64,000 bases of DNA, from positions 18,043 through 82,042 of the forward strand of contig JAHEJW010000001.1 of the NCBI GenBank assembly GCA_024638655.1. The letters are read 5' to 3'. Source of the stretch: a bacterium (GTDB lineage: Bacteria; Actinomycetota; Acidimicrobiia; Spongiisociales; ZC4RG35). The notes beneath the pieces were generated by a model. It worked only from the letters and a program-made list of their open reading frames with translations. It was not told the DNA's origin and did not search any database. Positions 29,655 through 40,943 of the stretch are shown here, in pieces. How positions within the stretch are numbered: the first letter of the stretch is position 1; each line of letters opens with the position of its first letter. Both the position numbers and the translations under genes were made by a program.

Positions 29655-31115
29655 CTACAGGGGGAAGGCACTCGAGGCGAGATCGAGAAGAGATCCCGGG
29701 AGGATCCCCCAAATGATGGTCGCGGCTGCTGCGATCATCAGGACCCAACGAGCCGTGTCCGGAACCTCGAGGGTCGGACCTTCGGCATCACTCATGTACA
29801 TGTTCACCACAACCCGCAGATAAACGGCGAACGCCAGGACCGAGGCGAGGACAGCGACGATCACCAGCCACTGGTAACCAGCACTCCACGCATCGGAAAA
29901 GACACCAAATTTGGCGACGAACCCGGACGTGAGGGGCAGACCGGCCATCCCAAGGAGCAGGATCGTGAAGCCTGCTGCCAGGCCAGGGCTGCGTGTGGCC
30001 AGACCCTGATACTCATCCATGCTCGAAGCCGAGTTCGCCGGCCCGCTGACAGCTGCGACGACGGCAAAGGAACCGACCAGTTGGAGGGCGTAGACGGCGA
30101 CATAGAAGAGAACCCCGCTGGTGGCGCCGCCGACCACGCCGGTCATGACGAATCCGGCCGTGGCGACACTCGAGTACGCCAACATCCTCCGGATGTCTGC
30201 CTGGACGAGCGCAAGTAGCGATCCCCCGACCATCGACAGCGCCGAGATCCCGGCCACGACAGGGAGCCAGTTGACCTCGAGGTCCCCGAGACCTGTGATG
30301 AGGATCCGTGCGATCGCAGCGAACCCGGCAATCTTGGCAACCGCGGCCATATAGCCAACAAACCCGGCTGGAGCACCCTGATAGACGTCGGGGGCCCAGG
30401 CATGGAACGGAGCCGCAGAGACTTTGAAGCCAAGACCCACGATCATCAACGCGATCCCGATCAAGATCACGCCCGGGCTGGTGACGATGAAAGCCGAGAA
30501 GAAGCTGCGAATTGCCAGGATCTCGAACTGCCCGGTTCCTGCGTAGATCAACGCCACCCCATAGATGAAGATGGCAGAAGCGAACGAGCCGAGGAGGAAG
30601 TATTTCAGCGCCGCTTCATCGGAAGTGCTCGAGGACCGCGTCATGCCCGCCAGGACATATAGGGCGATCGAGCCGACCTCGAGGCCGAGGAACACCATCA
30701 CGAGGTTGTTGGCTGAGACCATTATCGAAAAGCCGGCAGATGCGAGGAGAATGAGGGCGAGCGCCTCGGCTCGTCTCCTTCCCAATCCTTCGATCAGCCT
30801 CCAACCCGCCGTGATACCTATGGCGGTTGTCACCAGGAGTGCGAAGCGCCCGAAGACTGCGAAGCCGTCCATCAGGATCATGCGGGAAAACGCCACGAGA
30901 TCTCCCAACTGGCCCGCACCCGCAACCGCATCCTGGGCCCTGATCCACTGGACCACGGTAAAGGCGAGGGCGATGGTCAGGGCTCCGGCGACAACCATGC
31001 CCAACACCTGTGCCCTTGGCTTCCATTGCACCTCGACCAGAAGCACGGCCGCAGCCCCCAGGGCGAGCCCAAGTTCGGGGAGGATGGCGAGCCATGAGAT
31101 CTCGGGGGTGATCAT
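29655..31115 (-). CDS. nuoN: NADH-quinone oxidoreductase subunit N (second operon)
   Basis: 486 aa NuoN/ND2 antiporter-like protein, last gene of a 14-gene nuo operon, with a 4-nt overlap with nuoM. Confidence 0.85.
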   Translation of the reverse strand: MITPEISWLAILPELGLALGAAAVLLVEVQWKPRAQVLGMVVAGALTIALAFTVVQWIRAQDAVAGAGQLGDLVAFSRMILMDGFAVFGRFALLVTTAIGITAGWRLIEGLGRRRAEALALILLASAGFSIMVSANNLVMVFLGLEVGSIALYVLAGMTRSSSTSDEAALKYFLLGSFASAIFIYGVALIYAGTGQFEILAIRSFFSAFIVTSPGVILIGIALMIVGLGFKVSAAPFHAWAPDVYQGAPAGFVGYMAAVAKIAGFAAIARILITGLGDLEVNWLPVVAGISALSMVGGSLLALVQADIRRMLAYSSVATAGFVMTGVVGGATSGVLFYVAVYALQLVGSFAVVAAVSGPANSASSMDEYQGLATRSPGLAAGFTILLLGMAGLPLTSGFVAKFGVFSDAWSAGYQWLVIVAVLASVLAFAVYLRVVVNMYMSDAEGPTLEVPDTARWVLMIAAAATIIWGILPGSLLDLASSAFPL

Positions 31116-32644
31116 TCGCCTTCTCCATCCGTGACGAAGACGTCTGCGAGACGGCCGGGCTCGGGGATCACCAGGCCGGAGGCCTCCACCACGTGATCGA
31201 GGACCGCCTCCGCCGAGGGAGCGATCTTGTCGAGGAGAACGTTCGGATAGAGCCCGATGACCAGGACCAGAGCAGCCAACGGAGCGAGCAACGCCACCTC
31301 CCGGGTCGACAGGTCGGCCAGGTTCTGATTCTCCGGCTTCTCAGGGACTCCCGTGAAGACCCGCTCGTATGCCCAGAGGAGGTAGATGGCGGCCAGTACG
31401 ACTCCCGACGCCGCGATCACCGCCAAGACCGGAAGGGTGGCGTAGGCGCCGATCAGCACGAGAAACTCACCGACGAAACCGTTGAGGCCAGGAAGGCCTA
31501 TCGAGGCGAACGCCATGAAGAGGAAGAACCCTGCGAAGACCGGCATCGACTTCTGAATCCCCCCGAACTCGGAGATCAGCTTGGTGTGCCTTCGTTCATA
31601 GAGCATGCCGACCAGGAGGAACAACGCGCCGGTGGTGATTCCGTGATTGACGTTCTGAATGACGGCGCCCTGCATTGCCCCGGACGTGAACGCGAACGTG
31701 CCAAGAACGATGAACCCGAGATGGCTCACCGATGAGTACGCCACAAGTCGCTTCAAGTCTGGCTGGACGATCGCCACGACGGCCCCATAGACGATGCCGA
31801 CCACGGCAAGGATGCCCATGATCCAGACCGCATCCACGGACGCTTCAGGAAAGAGCGAGAGATTGAATCTCAAGAGCCCATACGTGCCGAGTTTCAGAAG
31901 AACGCCAGCCAACAGGACCGAGCCCGCCGTCGGTGCCTCCGTATGGGCATCGGGAAGCCAGGTATGGACTGGAAATAGAGGCACCTTTATGGCGAAGGCG
32001 AGAGCGAAGGCCGCGAAGAGCCAGCGCTCTGCTCCAATCGGGAGGTCCAGACGCATTAGATCGGAGAGAGCAAACGAGAGCGAGCCGAACTGCTCGGCAT
32101 GGGTGAAAGCGAGGGCAATGATCCCGGCGAGCATCAGGGCGGAGCCAAACGCGGTGTAGATGAAGAACTTGACGGCGGCGTAGACGCGTCTATCGCTACC
32201 CCAGATCCCGATAATGAAGTACATCGGGATGAGAATCGCCTCGAAGAAGACGAAGAAGATGAACAAGTCGAGGGCGAGGAAGACTCCGATCATCCCGGCT
32301 TCCAGGAGGAGTGTGTAGACAACGAACTCTTTGCGTCTCTTCTCGATGGAGGTCGAGGCACCCAAGGCGATCGGCACGAGGAGGGTCGTGAGCACGACCA
32401 TCGGAAGTGAGATGCCATCGATGCCCAACGTCCATCCGATGCCCCAGGGCGCATACCAGGTGACGTCCTCGATGAACTGGTATCCCGAGACGGGCTCAAA
32501 GGCCCAGAAGACGTATCCGGCGAGAGCTAGCGGCAGAACCGCCAATGCGATGCCCAGCGAGAGGTGGAGCTCACTTCGACGCGAGGGAACCAGAGAGACG
32601 ATGATGGCGGCCAACACTGGCAGCAATATCAACCAGGTCAGCAC
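31112..32644 (-). CDS. nuoM: NADH-quinone oxidoreductase subunit M (second operon)
   Basis: GIDGISLPMVVL, FFVFFEAILIPMYF, KVPLFPVHTWLPDAH. Confidence 0.9.
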   Translation of the reverse strand: MLTWLILLPVLAAIIVSLVPSRRSELHLSLGIALAVLPLALAGYVFWAFEPVSGYQFIEDVTWYAPWGIGWTLGIDGISLPMVVLTTLLVPIALGASTSIEKRRKEFVVYTLLLEAGMIGVFLALDLFIFFVFFEAILIPMYFIIGIWGSDRRVYAAVKFFIYTAFGSALMLAGIIALAFTHAEQFGSLSFALSDLMRLDLPIGAERWLFAAFALAFAIKVPLFPVHTWLPDAHTEAPTAGSVLLAGVLLKLGTYGLLRFNLSLFPEASVDAVWIMGILAVVGIVYGAVVAIVQPDLKRLVAYSSVSHLGFIVLGTFAFTSGAMQGAVIQNVNHGITTGALFLLVGMLYERRHTKLISEFGGIQKSMPVFAGFFLFMAFASIGLPGLNGFVGEFLVLIGAYATLPVLAVIAASGVVLAAIYLLWAYERVFTGVPEKPENQNLADLSTREVALLAPLAALVLVIGLYPNVLLDKIAPSAEAVLDHVVEASGLVIPEPGRLADVFVTDGEGE

Positions 32645-34531
32645 TCAGGCACCTCCCGCCACCAGCCAGATCACAACCACGATGGTCCCCGCGAGGAAGA
32701 GGGCTCCGTAGTTGCGGACATACCCGGTTTGGATGGGACGGGCCCATTCCCCCAAGTCTCTGAAGACGCGTCCAAGGCCATTGACGGCACCATCGATGAT
32801 CGGAATGTCGAACTGGAATGCGGCGGCCTCGGCGGCTCTCTTGCCCGGGGCCACGATGACTCGCCCGTAGATGTCGTCGACGCCATAAGCCTTCTCCCAC
32901 GCGCCCCAGAGAGGCTCGAACCCGCCCTCGAACCCGCGCCACTCGTCGCTAGAGCGGTTGTAGGCGAGATACGCCGCGGCGGCACCGGCCAGCCCAGCCA
33001 GGACCGAGAGACCTGCGAGGAGGATGAACATCCCAACGCCCTCGGGTGGGTGCTGCAGCTTGACCAGTTCGAAAGCCGGCTCGAGGAAGTGCTCGAGAGT
33101 CAGCCTGAGAGGCGTGTTGATCAGCCCACCGAACACGGAGAGAACGGCGAGAATGACTAGCGGTGCCGTCATGACCCGGGGTGACTCATGAGGCTCGATG
33201 CCTTCGTCCCATCTCGGCTGCCCGAGGAAGACGAGGACCCACTGACGGGTCATGTAGAAGGCCGTGAGCAGTGCGGTGACCAGGCCTACGATCCAAAGGA
33301 CGGAGAACCACCCGCCTCTCTCGAAGGCCGAGCCGAGTATCTCGTCTTTCGACCAGAATCCGGCAAGCGGCGGTATTCCGGCGATCGCAAGAGTGGCGAT
33401 TCCCATCGTGACCGCCGTGACCGGCATCTTCTTGAGGAGACCGCCCATCTTGTACATGTCCTGCTCGTCGTTCATAGCGTGGATCACCGAACCGGCCCCC
33501 AGGAAGAGCAGCGCCTTGAAGAAGGCGTGGGTCATCAGGTGGAAGATTCCGGCCACGTAGGCAGTGGCTCCCACCGCCAGGAACATGTAGCCGAGCTGGG
33601 ACACCGTCGAGTAGGCCAGAACCCTCTTGATGTCACGTTGGGCGAGAGCGATTGAGGCCGCCCAGATCGCAGTTGCCGCTCCGACGGTCGCAACCGTGAC
33701 CTGCGCAACCGTCGAGAGCTCGAAGATCGAAGCAGATCTGGCGACCAGGTAGACACCCGCAGTCACCATCGTCGCCGCATGGATCAGTGCGGACACTGGA
33801 GTGGGCCCCTCCATGGCGTCCGGCAGCCACACATAGAGGGGCACCTGGGCGGACTTGCCGGCCGCGCCAACGAGGAAGAGCAGGCCGATCGCCGTCGCCA
33901 GCCCAGAGGTCAGTTCGTCCCCGGCCCGTTCGAAGATCCCCGTATAGGACAGGGTGCCGAAGGTGGTGAAAACCAGCATCAGACCGACCATGAGCCCCAG
34001 GTCGCCGATCCGGTTGACAATGAACGCCTTCTTCGCCGCTGCCGCCGCGGTAGGACGGGTGAACCAGAAGCCGATCAACAGATACGAGCAGAGACCAACC
34101 AACTCCCAGCCAAGGAACAGCATCGCGTAATTGCCGGCCAGCACGAGTGTGAGCATCGAAGCTGCGAACAGATTGAGATAGGTGAAGAACCGATGAAATC
34201 GCTCGTCGCCGTGCATGTAGCCGATAGCGAAGATGTGGATCAGCGAGCCGACACCAGTCACGACCAGCGCCATGAGAGCCGAGAGTGGGTCCCACAGGAT
34301 CTCCATCGATGCGCCGATCGCCGGCATCCAATCCCAAAGCGAGACAGCGGTCCCGTGCTCCCCTCCCTGGATGAATGGCACGGCAGCTACGGCAGCGACT
34401 ACGAACGAGCCACCGATGGCGGCCGAGGCCAACCACCCAGCAAGCGGCTCTCGCAGATACTTGCCGGCGAAGTGGAGAAACCCAGCTCCGGCCAGGGGGA
34501 GTGCGATAACCAGCCAGACCAGCTCGGTCAC
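32645..34531 (-). CDS. nuoL: NADH-quinone oxidoreductase subunit L (second operon)
   Basis: [55 protein letters not shown]. 628 aa. Confidence 0.9.
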   Translation of the reverse strand: MTELVWLVIALPLAGAGFLHFAGKYLREPLAGWLASAAIGGSFVVAAVAAVPFIQGGEHGTAVSLWDWMPAIGASMEILWDPLSALMALVVTGVGSLIHIFAIGYMHGDERFHRFFTYLNLFAASMLTLVLAGNYAMLFLGWELVGLCSYLLIGFWFTRPTAAAAAKKAFIVNRIGDLGLMVGLMLVFTTFGTLSYTGIFERAGDELTSGLATAIGLLFLVGAAGKSAQVPLYVWLPDAMEGPTPVSALIHAATMVTAGVYLVARSASIFELSTVAQVTVATVGAATAIWAASIALAQRDIKRVLAYSTVSQLGYMFLAVGATAYVAGIFHLMTHAFFKALLFLGAGSVIHAMNDEQDMYKMGGLLKKMPVTAVTMGIATLAIAGIPPLAGFWSKDEILGSAFERGGWFSVLWIVGLVTALLTAFYMTRQWVLVFLGQPRWDEGIEPHESPRVMTAPLVILAVLSVFGGLINTPLRLTLEHFLEPAFELVKLQHPPEGVGMFILLAGLSVLAGLAGAAAAYLAYNRSSDEWRGFEGGFEPLWGAWEKAYGVDDIYGRVIVAPGKRAAEAAAFQFDIPIIDGAVNGLGRVFRDLGEWARPIQTGYVRNYGALFLAGTIVVVIWLVAGGA

Positions 34532-34535
34532 TCCT

Positions 34536-34841
34536 TCACCCCCGCAGCTCGCTCAACTCGTCCACCGATGCGGTGGTACGACGCCGGAAGATGGCGACGA
34601 TGATGGCCAGGCCAACCACCACCTCGGCGGCGGCAACGACCAGGATGAAGAAGACGGCGACCTGCCCACCGAGGTCGTTCAGGGCTCTGCCCGCCGCGAT
34701 CAGCGTCAGATTCACCGCATTGAGCATCAGCTCGATGCACATGAACATGATGAGGGCGTTGCGACGGAGCAGCAGGCCAAACGCTCCTATGAGAAACAGA
34801 GCCGCCGCCACCGTCATGTACCACTCGGCGCCGACGATCAA
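34536..34841 (-). CDS. nuoK: NADH-quinone oxidoreductase subunit K (second operon)
   Basis: 101 aa, RRN motif at positions 25-27, [12 protein letters not shown] core. TTG start overlapping the nuoJ stop. Confidence 0.85.
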   Translation of the reverse strand: MIVGAEWYMTVAAALFLIGAFGLLLRRNALIMFMCIELMLNAVNLTLIAAGRALNDLGGQVAVFFILVVAAAEVVVGLAIIVAIFRRRTTASVDELSELRG

Positions 34842-35362
34842 TGCGGCCTCCGTCGGTAGTGAGCTAGGGCAATGGCCCCGGCGGCTGCGATGGTGAGCAG
34901 CAGGGCCGTCGCCTCGAAGGCCAGCACCCAGTCGGTGAACATCGGCTCGGCGATGGCCTGAACCGTTCCGATCGTCCGGCTCGGGTCGGTGCCGCCGACT
35001 GCAGCCGGGACCCAGTCAAAGTCGGTGAAAAAGGTGAGGCCGGCGGCCATGAGCACTACGACTCCGGCCATGCCTGCCACGAAGGAGCGCTGGTATCTGA
35101 GAGGTTCTTCCCAATGCTCCTCCTTGTCGACACCGATCAACATGATGACGAAGAGGAACAGGGTGAGCACCGCTCCGGCGTAAACGATTACTTGAACCGC
35201 AGCGACGAGATGGGCGAGCTGAAGGACGTAGAGCACCGCCACGGAGAAGAGCGTGCCAAGTAGGCCCATGGCCGAGTACACGGGGTTTCTCGCGGCCACG
35301 ACGGTGACCGCTCCGGCGAGCGCCGCCATTGACATCAGCACGAACAGGATGGGCTCAACCAT
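34838..35362 (-). CDS. nuoJ: NADH-quinone oxidoreductase subunit J (second operon)
   Basis: Start placed at ATG 35362 (MVEPILFVL...), preceded by GGAGG at the correct spacing and lying 4 nt after the nuoI stop. The track start at 35392 would overlap nuoI by 38 nt. Confidence 0.85.
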   Translation of the reverse strand: MVEPILFVLMSMAALAGAVTVVAARNPVYSAMGLLGTLFSVAVLYVLQLAHLVAAVQVIVYAGAVLTLFLFVIMLIGVDKEEHWEEPLRYQRSFVAGMAGVVVLMAAGLTFFTDFDWVPAAVGGTDPSRTIGTVQAIAEPMFTDWVLAFEATALLLTIAAAGAIALAHYRRRPH

Positions 35363-36014
35363 CCCCATCCTCCGATTTGCCCGTCGTTGCATCGATCTCG
35401 TCCTGCGAGGGCTCCGGGCTCCAGTCGGCAGGGCCGGCAGTTCGTTGCCACATCTGGACGCCTTCGTATGCAGCCATCCCAGCCGGTGCGGTGGCCCTGA
35501 CCCAGCCGTCCGCAGTGAGGAGTTCCTTGGGCTCGATCAAGGGGTCCTCGGGGAACATGTGCGGGACGTTTCCCTTCTCGTCCATGAGGAGAGTCTCACG
35601 GGTGTAGATGGCGTCATTGCGACTGGTCGTCGAGAACTCGAACAGAGTGGTCATCGTTATCGCCTCGGTGGGACAGGCTTCCACACAAAGCCCGCAGAAG
35701 ATGCAGCGGAGCATGTTGATCTCGTAGACATACCCATACCGCTCACCCGGCGACGTCGGGTTGTCAGGGTCGTTGTCCTCCCCGCGTACGTAGATGCACT
35801 TCGCCGGACACACCCCGGCGCATAGCTCGCAACCGATGCATTTCTCCATGCCATCGGGATAGCGATTCAGCACATGGCGACCGTGAAAGCGCTGAGGCTT
35901 CTGTCTCTTCTCCTTGGGGTATTGGGTGGTGACCAGCCCGTCTCCGAAGATGGTGCGGATCATCGTCTTGCCGGTCACGGCCAGGCCCTTCAGGAACTCT
36001 GCGAGAACACCCAC
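35355..36014 (-). CDS. nuoI: NADH-quinone oxidoreductase subunit I (second operon, 2x[4Fe-4S])
   Basis: CIGCELCAGVCP and CIFCGLCVEACP, plus the conserved FHGRHVLNRYPDGMEKCIGC block. Start proposed at GTG 36014, 2 nt after the nuoH stop. The track's TTG at 36077 would overlap nuoH by 61 nt, so the start is uncertain. Confidence 0.8.
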   Translation of the reverse strand: MGVLAEFLKGLAVTGKTMIRTIFGDGLVTTQYPKEKRQKPQRFHGRHVLNRYPDGMEKCIGCELCAGVCPAKCIYVRGEDNDPDNPTSPGERYGYVYEINMLRCIFCGLCVEACPTEAITMTTLFEFSTTSRNDAIYTRETLLMDEKGNVPHMFPEDPLIEPKELLTADGWVRATAPAGMAAYEGVQMWQRTAGPADWSPEPSQDEIDATTGKSEDGDG

Positions 36015-36016
36015 AA

Positions 36017-37093
36017 CTAACCCCAGGGAGCCCCGAATTGCCTGAACCCCATGCTGATCGTCGAGACGATCAGCCAAACCACCGCCGCCGGGATCAGACC
36101 CTTCCAGCCGAGAGTCATCAGCTGGTCATAGCGGAGTCTCGGCAGCGTCGCCCGGAGCCAGAAGAAGATGAACACGATGGCGTAGGTCTTCAGCAGAAAC
36201 CAGACCGTCGGGAGGATCGCCGATATGAAGGCGGGTACGGAATCCTCGAATGTCGGACCACTCCAGCCCCCGAGGAAGAGTGTTGCGGCGATTGCCGACA
36301 TCGAGAAGATGTTGATGTATTCGGCGAGGAAGAACATGGCGAACCTCATGCCGGAGTACTCGGTGTGAAACCCGCCGACCAGCTCTTGTTCCGCCTCTAC
36401 GAGATCGAATGGAGCTCGGTTTGTCTCGGCGATGATGGCAAGGAGGAAGATGACAAACGCCGCAACCTGTGGGAAGAGATTCCAGCGCGGTATGAAGCCC
36501 GCCCATGTCCCATTCTGTCGCTCGACGATCTCGACCAACGAGAGTGTCCCGCCGTCACCCTGGGTCGCCGAGTAAACGACAACTGCGACCATGGCGAGGC
36601 CCATGGCAGCTTCGTATGAGATCGCCTGGGCGGTGGCCCTCACCCCGCCGAGCAACGGGTACTTCGAGCCCGAGGACCACCCGGCGAGAACCACGGCGTA
36701 CACCGCCATCGACGACATCGCCAGGACGAAGAGGAGGCCGATATTCAGGTCGGCTCCGACCAACGCCACCTCGTTCCCGCCGATGGTGAAGGGCCGGCCG
36801 AAGGGGACCATCATGAAGATCAAGAACGCCGGGATCACCGCAAGGAACGGGGCCAGCATGTACATCCCCAGCTCCACCTTGCGCGGTGTGATCGACTCTT
36901 TGAAGAAAAGCTTCAACCCGTCGGCAACTGTCTGCAGGATCCCAAACGGGCCAGCTCGATTTGGCCCGATCCGCGCCTGCATGTCGGCCAGGATCTTGCG
37001 CTCGGCCCATATGTTCACGATGGTGGCCACGAGTAGAAGGCCGAAAACCATGAGGGCCCTCAAGAAGACGATGCCAAACTCAGCGAGGCTCAT
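36017..37093 (-). CDS. nuoH: NADH-quinone oxidoreductase subunit H (second operon)
   Basis: RIGPNRAGPFGILQTVADGLKLF, YEAAMGLAMVAVV. 358 aa. Confidence 0.9.
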   Translation of the reverse strand: MSLAEFGIVFLRALMVFGLLLVATIVNIWAERKILADMQARIGPNRAGPFGILQTVADGLKLFFKESITPRKVELGMYMLAPFLAVIPAFLIFMMVPFGRPFTIGGNEVALVGADLNIGLLFVLAMSSMAVYAVVLAGWSSGSKYPLLGGVRATAQAISYEAAMGLAMVAVVVYSATQGDGGTLSLVEIVERQNGTWAGFIPRWNLFPQVAAFVIFLLAIIAETNRAPFDLVEAEQELVGGFHTEYSGMRFAMFFLAEYINIFSMSAIAATLFLGGWSGPTFEDSVPAFISAILPTVWFLLKTYAIVFIFFWLRATLPRLRYDQLMTLGWKGLIPAAVVWLIVSTISMGFRQFGAPWG

Positions 37094-39528
37094 GCGTCCG
37101 CCACCTCCGCCTCAACCGCAGAATCGATTCCGAGTGCTGTCGCCCCTGGCTGGTTGAACGGGACGTAGACCGTGCCTGCCGGCGTGCCCTCGTCCACGAC
37201 CATTTCGAATCGGCCCTCACCGGAGACCGTGACGAGTCGGAGTGAGTCGCCCGGGACCGCGTCAAGGGCAGTGGCATCCAGGGGGTTCACGAGCACTACC
37301 GGGCCCAACGCCAGCCTGCTCAGGGAAGGTGAGTGACGCAGGCGGACCCCGTCGTCGTACATGGTGCGAGCCACGTGAAGTGAGAGACCGTTCTCTCTCT
37401 TCCCATCGGTGGCAACCGCCACCGGGATATGGGCAAGCTGGCTCTCGCCCTCGAGAGGGACGACAACACCGTCCCGGGCCTCCCATTCGAGTAGGTCCCA
37501 GGAAACCCCGACGTAGGCCGGGGCGACCGTGCTGATCTCCTTTGAGATCGCCTCGGCTGAGCTCAACCCGAGTGGCGCCCCGATCCGATGGGCCAGGTCG
37601 TCGAGCATCGCCCAGTCGGGGCGTGTCTGTCCCGGGCCGGGCCGTATGTTGTTCAACTTCTGGACCCGCCCCTCGACGTTGGTGACAGTGCCTTCTTTCT
37701 CCGTGAAGGTCTCCGCGGGCAGGATCACCTCGGCATGCCGAGTCGAATCCGTGATGAATAGGTCGATCGCGACCACCCACTCTGCGGCCTCCAGTGCCTC
37801 CTCCGCCAAGGCGGGAATCGGGAAGTCCCGCACCGGGTCTGCACCAACCAGCAGCAGACCACGGATCTCCCCGGAGATCAGGCCCTCGAGAATCCCGGCG
37901 GTGTCCCGACCGGGAACGGAGGGGACTTCCCCCCAATGATCGCGCAGACGACCGACCCCCTCCTGGCTCACTCCAACTCGACCGGGAAGGAGATCGGGAG
38001 CCAAGCCCATGTCGAGGGCGCCGTAGGTGTTTGCCCTGGAGTTGAGCGGCAGCAGGTCGGAGCGACCGCGACGGGCCCGGACCAAAGCCGCCACCGCTTC
38101 GGCCACGTGTGGCCCGTCAGCATGGCTGGCGATTCCGATCAGAGCCACGACGTTGTCGGCATCGAGCGCCTCGATCACGTCGGGATAGCGACCGTCATCC
38201 AAGGCCTGAACAAGGTCGAAACCCTCACCGGGGCGATAGGTGAGCTTGCGGAAGGCCACATCGTCGAGCCCTGTCGCCCGGGGATGGACGACAACCAGCT
38301 CGGCGCCAAGCTCCTGTGCCGCTCGTCGCACCCTCAAGTACAGGGTGGGATGCTCTTCCTTCAGGTCAGGGCCCCAAACCAGAATCGTGTCGGCGTCGTC
38401 GAGCTGTCCGATGGTTGCGCGATCGACTGTGCCGGCCAGGAAATGCGATGAGAGGGAGTCGCCGAGACGACAGTCGACGTTGTTGGTTCCGAGAGCCACC
38501 CTGGCGAATTTGGACAACGCATACGCATCCTCGTTGGTGCCGTGAGCGCCTCCGATCACCGCTAGCGCGTCTCCCCCGCTCTCGTCCCTGATCAATCCGA
38601 GACGATCGGCTGCCACGTCGATGGCCTCCGCCCAATCGGTTGCTTCGTACACGCCTTTGCGTCTGACCAGGGGAGCGCCGAGACGATCTTCCGAGTGGAT
38701 GTACTCGAAGCCGAACCTCGCCTTGTCCGAGAGCCAGCCATGGTTGGTGGCGTCGTTGTCAACACCGGTGTATCGAACGATCTCGTTCTGACTGGCATGC
38801 ACCTCGATCCTCGGATGGGCAGTGTCGAACAGAGAGGAACTCACCACCTTTAGGAGATCCCAGGGGCGCGCCCTGAAGCGATACGGGCCGGCGGTCAGAG
38901 CACCGACCGGGCACAGCTGCACCGTGTTTCCAGAGAAGTAGGAAGCGAATGGATGATCGGGAAAGGTGTTCACCTGAGTCTTGTTTCCCCGGTCGAAGAA
39001 CTCGATCAGGGGATCACCGGAGATCTCCCTCGAGAACCTGGTGCACCGGTCGCACAGAATGCAACGCTCCCGGTCGAGGAGAACGAGGTCGGATATCGGG
39101 ATGGGCTTCTCGTAGTTCCGCTTTATCTCCACGAACCGGCTCTCACCGGGGCCGTGCGACAAGGCCTGGTCCTGCAACGGGCACTCACCGCCCTTGTCAC
39201 AGACCGGGCAATCGAGTGGGTGATTTGCCAGGAGAAACTCGAGGACCGCCTCCTGAGCCTTCTTGGTGACGTCGCTCTGAGTGGCGACGACCATCCCGTC
39301 GGAGACTGGGTTCATGCAAGCCGGGATCAGAGCCGGCCCGCGCCCGGTGTCGACTTCGACGATGCAGACACGACACATGCCTACCGGCGTCATCCTGGGG
39401 TGCCAGCAAAAACGAGGGATGTAGGTCCCGCTGTCCTCGGCGGCGGTGATGAGCATCTCGCCACTGAGCACCTGGTGTTCCCGACCGTCGATGGTGATCG
39501 TGACGAACTCGGGTTGCCCGGAGGTCAT
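37090..39528 (-). CDS. nuoG: NADH-quinone oxidoreductase subunit G (75-kDa Fe-S subunit)
   Basis: N-terminal 2Fe-2S and 4Fe-4S cysteine motifs (CWHPRMTPVGMCRVC, HPLDCPVCDKGGECPLQD, CILCDRC), followed by a molybdopterin-oxidoreductase-like domain. 812 aa. Confidence 0.9.
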   Translation of the reverse strand: MTSGQPEFVTITIDGREHQVLSGEMLITAAEDSGTYIPRFCWHPRMTPVGMCRVCIVEVDTGRGPALIPACMNPVSDGMVVATQSDVTKKAQEAVLEFLLANHPLDCPVCDKGGECPLQDQALSHGPGESRFVEIKRNYEKPIPISDLVLLDRERCILCDRCTRFSREISGDPLIEFFDRGNKTQVNTFPDHPFASYFSGNTVQLCPVGALTAGPYRFRARPWDLLKVVSSSLFDTAHPRIEVHASQNEIVRYTGVDNDATNHGWLSDKARFGFEYIHSEDRLGAPLVRRKGVYEATDWAEAIDVAADRLGLIRDESGGDALAVIGGAHGTNEDAYALSKFARVALGTNNVDCRLGDSLSSHFLAGTVDRATIGQLDDADTILVWGPDLKEEHPTLYLRVRRAAQELGAELVVVHPRATGLDDVAFRKLTYRPGEGFDLVQALDDGRYPDVIEALDADNVVALIGIASHADGPHVAEAVAALVRARRGRSDLLPLNSRANTYGALDMGLAPDLLPGRVGVSQEGVGRLRDHWGEVPSVPGRDTAGILEGLISGEIRGLLLVGADPVRDFPIPALAEEALEAAEWVVAIDLFITDSTRHAEVILPAETFTEKEGTVTNVEGRVQKLNNIRPGPGQTRPDWAMLDDLAHRIGAPLGLSSAEAISKEISTVAPAYVGVSWDLLEWEARDGVVVPLEGESQLAHIPVAVATDGKRENGLSLHVARTMYDDGVRLRHSPSLSRLALGPVVLVNPLDATALDAVPGDSLRLVTVSGEGRFEMVVDEGTPAGTVYVPFNQPGATALGIDSAVEAEVADA

Positions 39529-40943
39529 GACGACCCTTCTCCAGCGGACTCCCTATCGCTGGGAATGCTCCCTGTCGATCCTCCTCGGACTTCTGGACCC
39601 GCTCCAGCGAGCGAGCTGGGTGCCCGGGCCCTCGTCTCCCCGGACTTCAGTTCGAATGGACACCCACCCAGGTCGACGTGCCTCTGCACCTCGTCCCGGA
39701 AGTAGTCACGAAGCGCGATGATCGGCGACACTGCCGAAGGGCCCAATGGGCAGATGGTGGTCATCTTCGGAGGCCACTGGAGACCGACGCTGATCCCGTC
39801 GGACACATCGATGAGCAGATCGAGGTCAACGGGCCGGCCCGCGCCCTCATCGATGCGTCGGAGGATCATCTCCATCCAGGTGGTCCCCTCACGACAGGGG
39901 GTGCATTGACCACAAGACTCGTGCGAGAAGAACCTGACGATGCGCTCCGCCGCGCGCACCATGCAAGTGTCTTCGTCCATCACCACGACGGCCCCGGATC
40001 CGAGCATCGATCCCGCCAAAGCGCACGCCTCCTTGGCGACGATCAGATCCAGATGCTCATCGGGCACGAACCAAGGTGCCGAGGCCCCCCCGGGAATCCA
40101 CGCCTTGAGTTCCTTGTCATCGCGGATTCCGCCTCCGATGTCGTAGATGAGCTCCCGCCAGCTGAGAGTGTGTGGCAGCTCGTAGTTGCCCGGGCGCTTG
40201 ACATGACCCGAAAGCGAGATCATGTAGGTGCCGGTGTCCAGGGCGATCACCAGATCGCGGTAGGCCTCACCGCCCATCTCCAGGATGTGAGGGATATTCG
40301 ACATCGTCTCGACGTTGTTGACGATGGTGGGCTTCATATAGAGGCCTTTGGCGGCCGGGAAGTAGGGCGGCTTCAGCCTCGGCTCGCCACGCTCACCCTC
40401 GAGGGAATTGATCAGGGCTGTCTCCTCACCGCAGATGTAGGCGCCTGCGCCGAGATGCACCACGATGTCGAGGTCGTAGTCCGAGCCGAAGATCCCCCTG
40501 CCGAGATAGCCGTTTTGGTACGCCTCTTCGATCGCCCTCTGGGTCCTCCGCGCCGGCTTGGGGTATTCCCCGCGGATGTAGATGAAAGCGAGATGAGCCT
40601 CGTTGGCGATGGCCGTGATGATCATCCCCTCGATCATCTGATGAGGGTCCCGCTCGAGGAGCTGACGGTCCTTGAAGGTCCCGGGCTCCGACTCATCGGC
40701 ATTGACGACCAGGTATGCCGGGCGCTCAGGCGCCAGGAAACCCCACTTGACACCTGCCGGGAAGGCGGCTCCTCCACGGCCGAGGAGCTCGGAGGTCTTC
40801 ACTTCTCCGACCAGCTCGTCCCGGGTCATGCCGAGCGCGCGTTTGGCCTGCTCATACCCGCCGGTCGCCTCGTATCTGGCGATGGTGTGCGAATCGGACG
40901 GATACTCGGTCATTCTCTTGGTGACGACAAGGGGGGTGCTCAT
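39525..40943 (-). CDS. nuoF: NADH-quinone oxidoreductase subunit F (NADH- and FMN-binding)
   Basis: GRGGAAFPAG.KW FMN/NADH-site motif and the C-terminal ESCGQCTPCREG [4Fe-4S] motif. 472 aa. Confidence 0.9.
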   Translation of the reverse strand: MSTPLVVTKRMTEYPSDSHTIARYEATGGYEQAKRALGMTRDELVGEVKTSELLGRGGAAFPAGVKWGFLAPERPAYLVVNADESEPGTFKDRQLLERDPHQMIEGMIITAIANEAHLAFIYIRGEYPKPARRTQRAIEEAYQNGYLGRGIFGSDYDLDIVVHLGAGAYICGEETALINSLEGERGEPRLKPPYFPAAKGLYMKPTIVNNVETMSNIPHILEMGGEAYRDLVIALDTGTYMISLSGHVKRPGNYELPHTLSWRELIYDIGGGIRDDKELKAWIPGGASAPWFVPDEHLDLIVAKEACALAGSMLGSGAVVVMDEDTCMVRAAERIVRFFSHESCGQCTPCREGTTWMEMILRRIDEGAGRPVDLDLLIDVSDGISVGLQWPPKMTTICPLGPSAVSPIIALRDYFRDEVQRHVDLGGCPFELKSGETRARAPSSLAGAGPEVRGGSTGSIPSDRESAGEGSS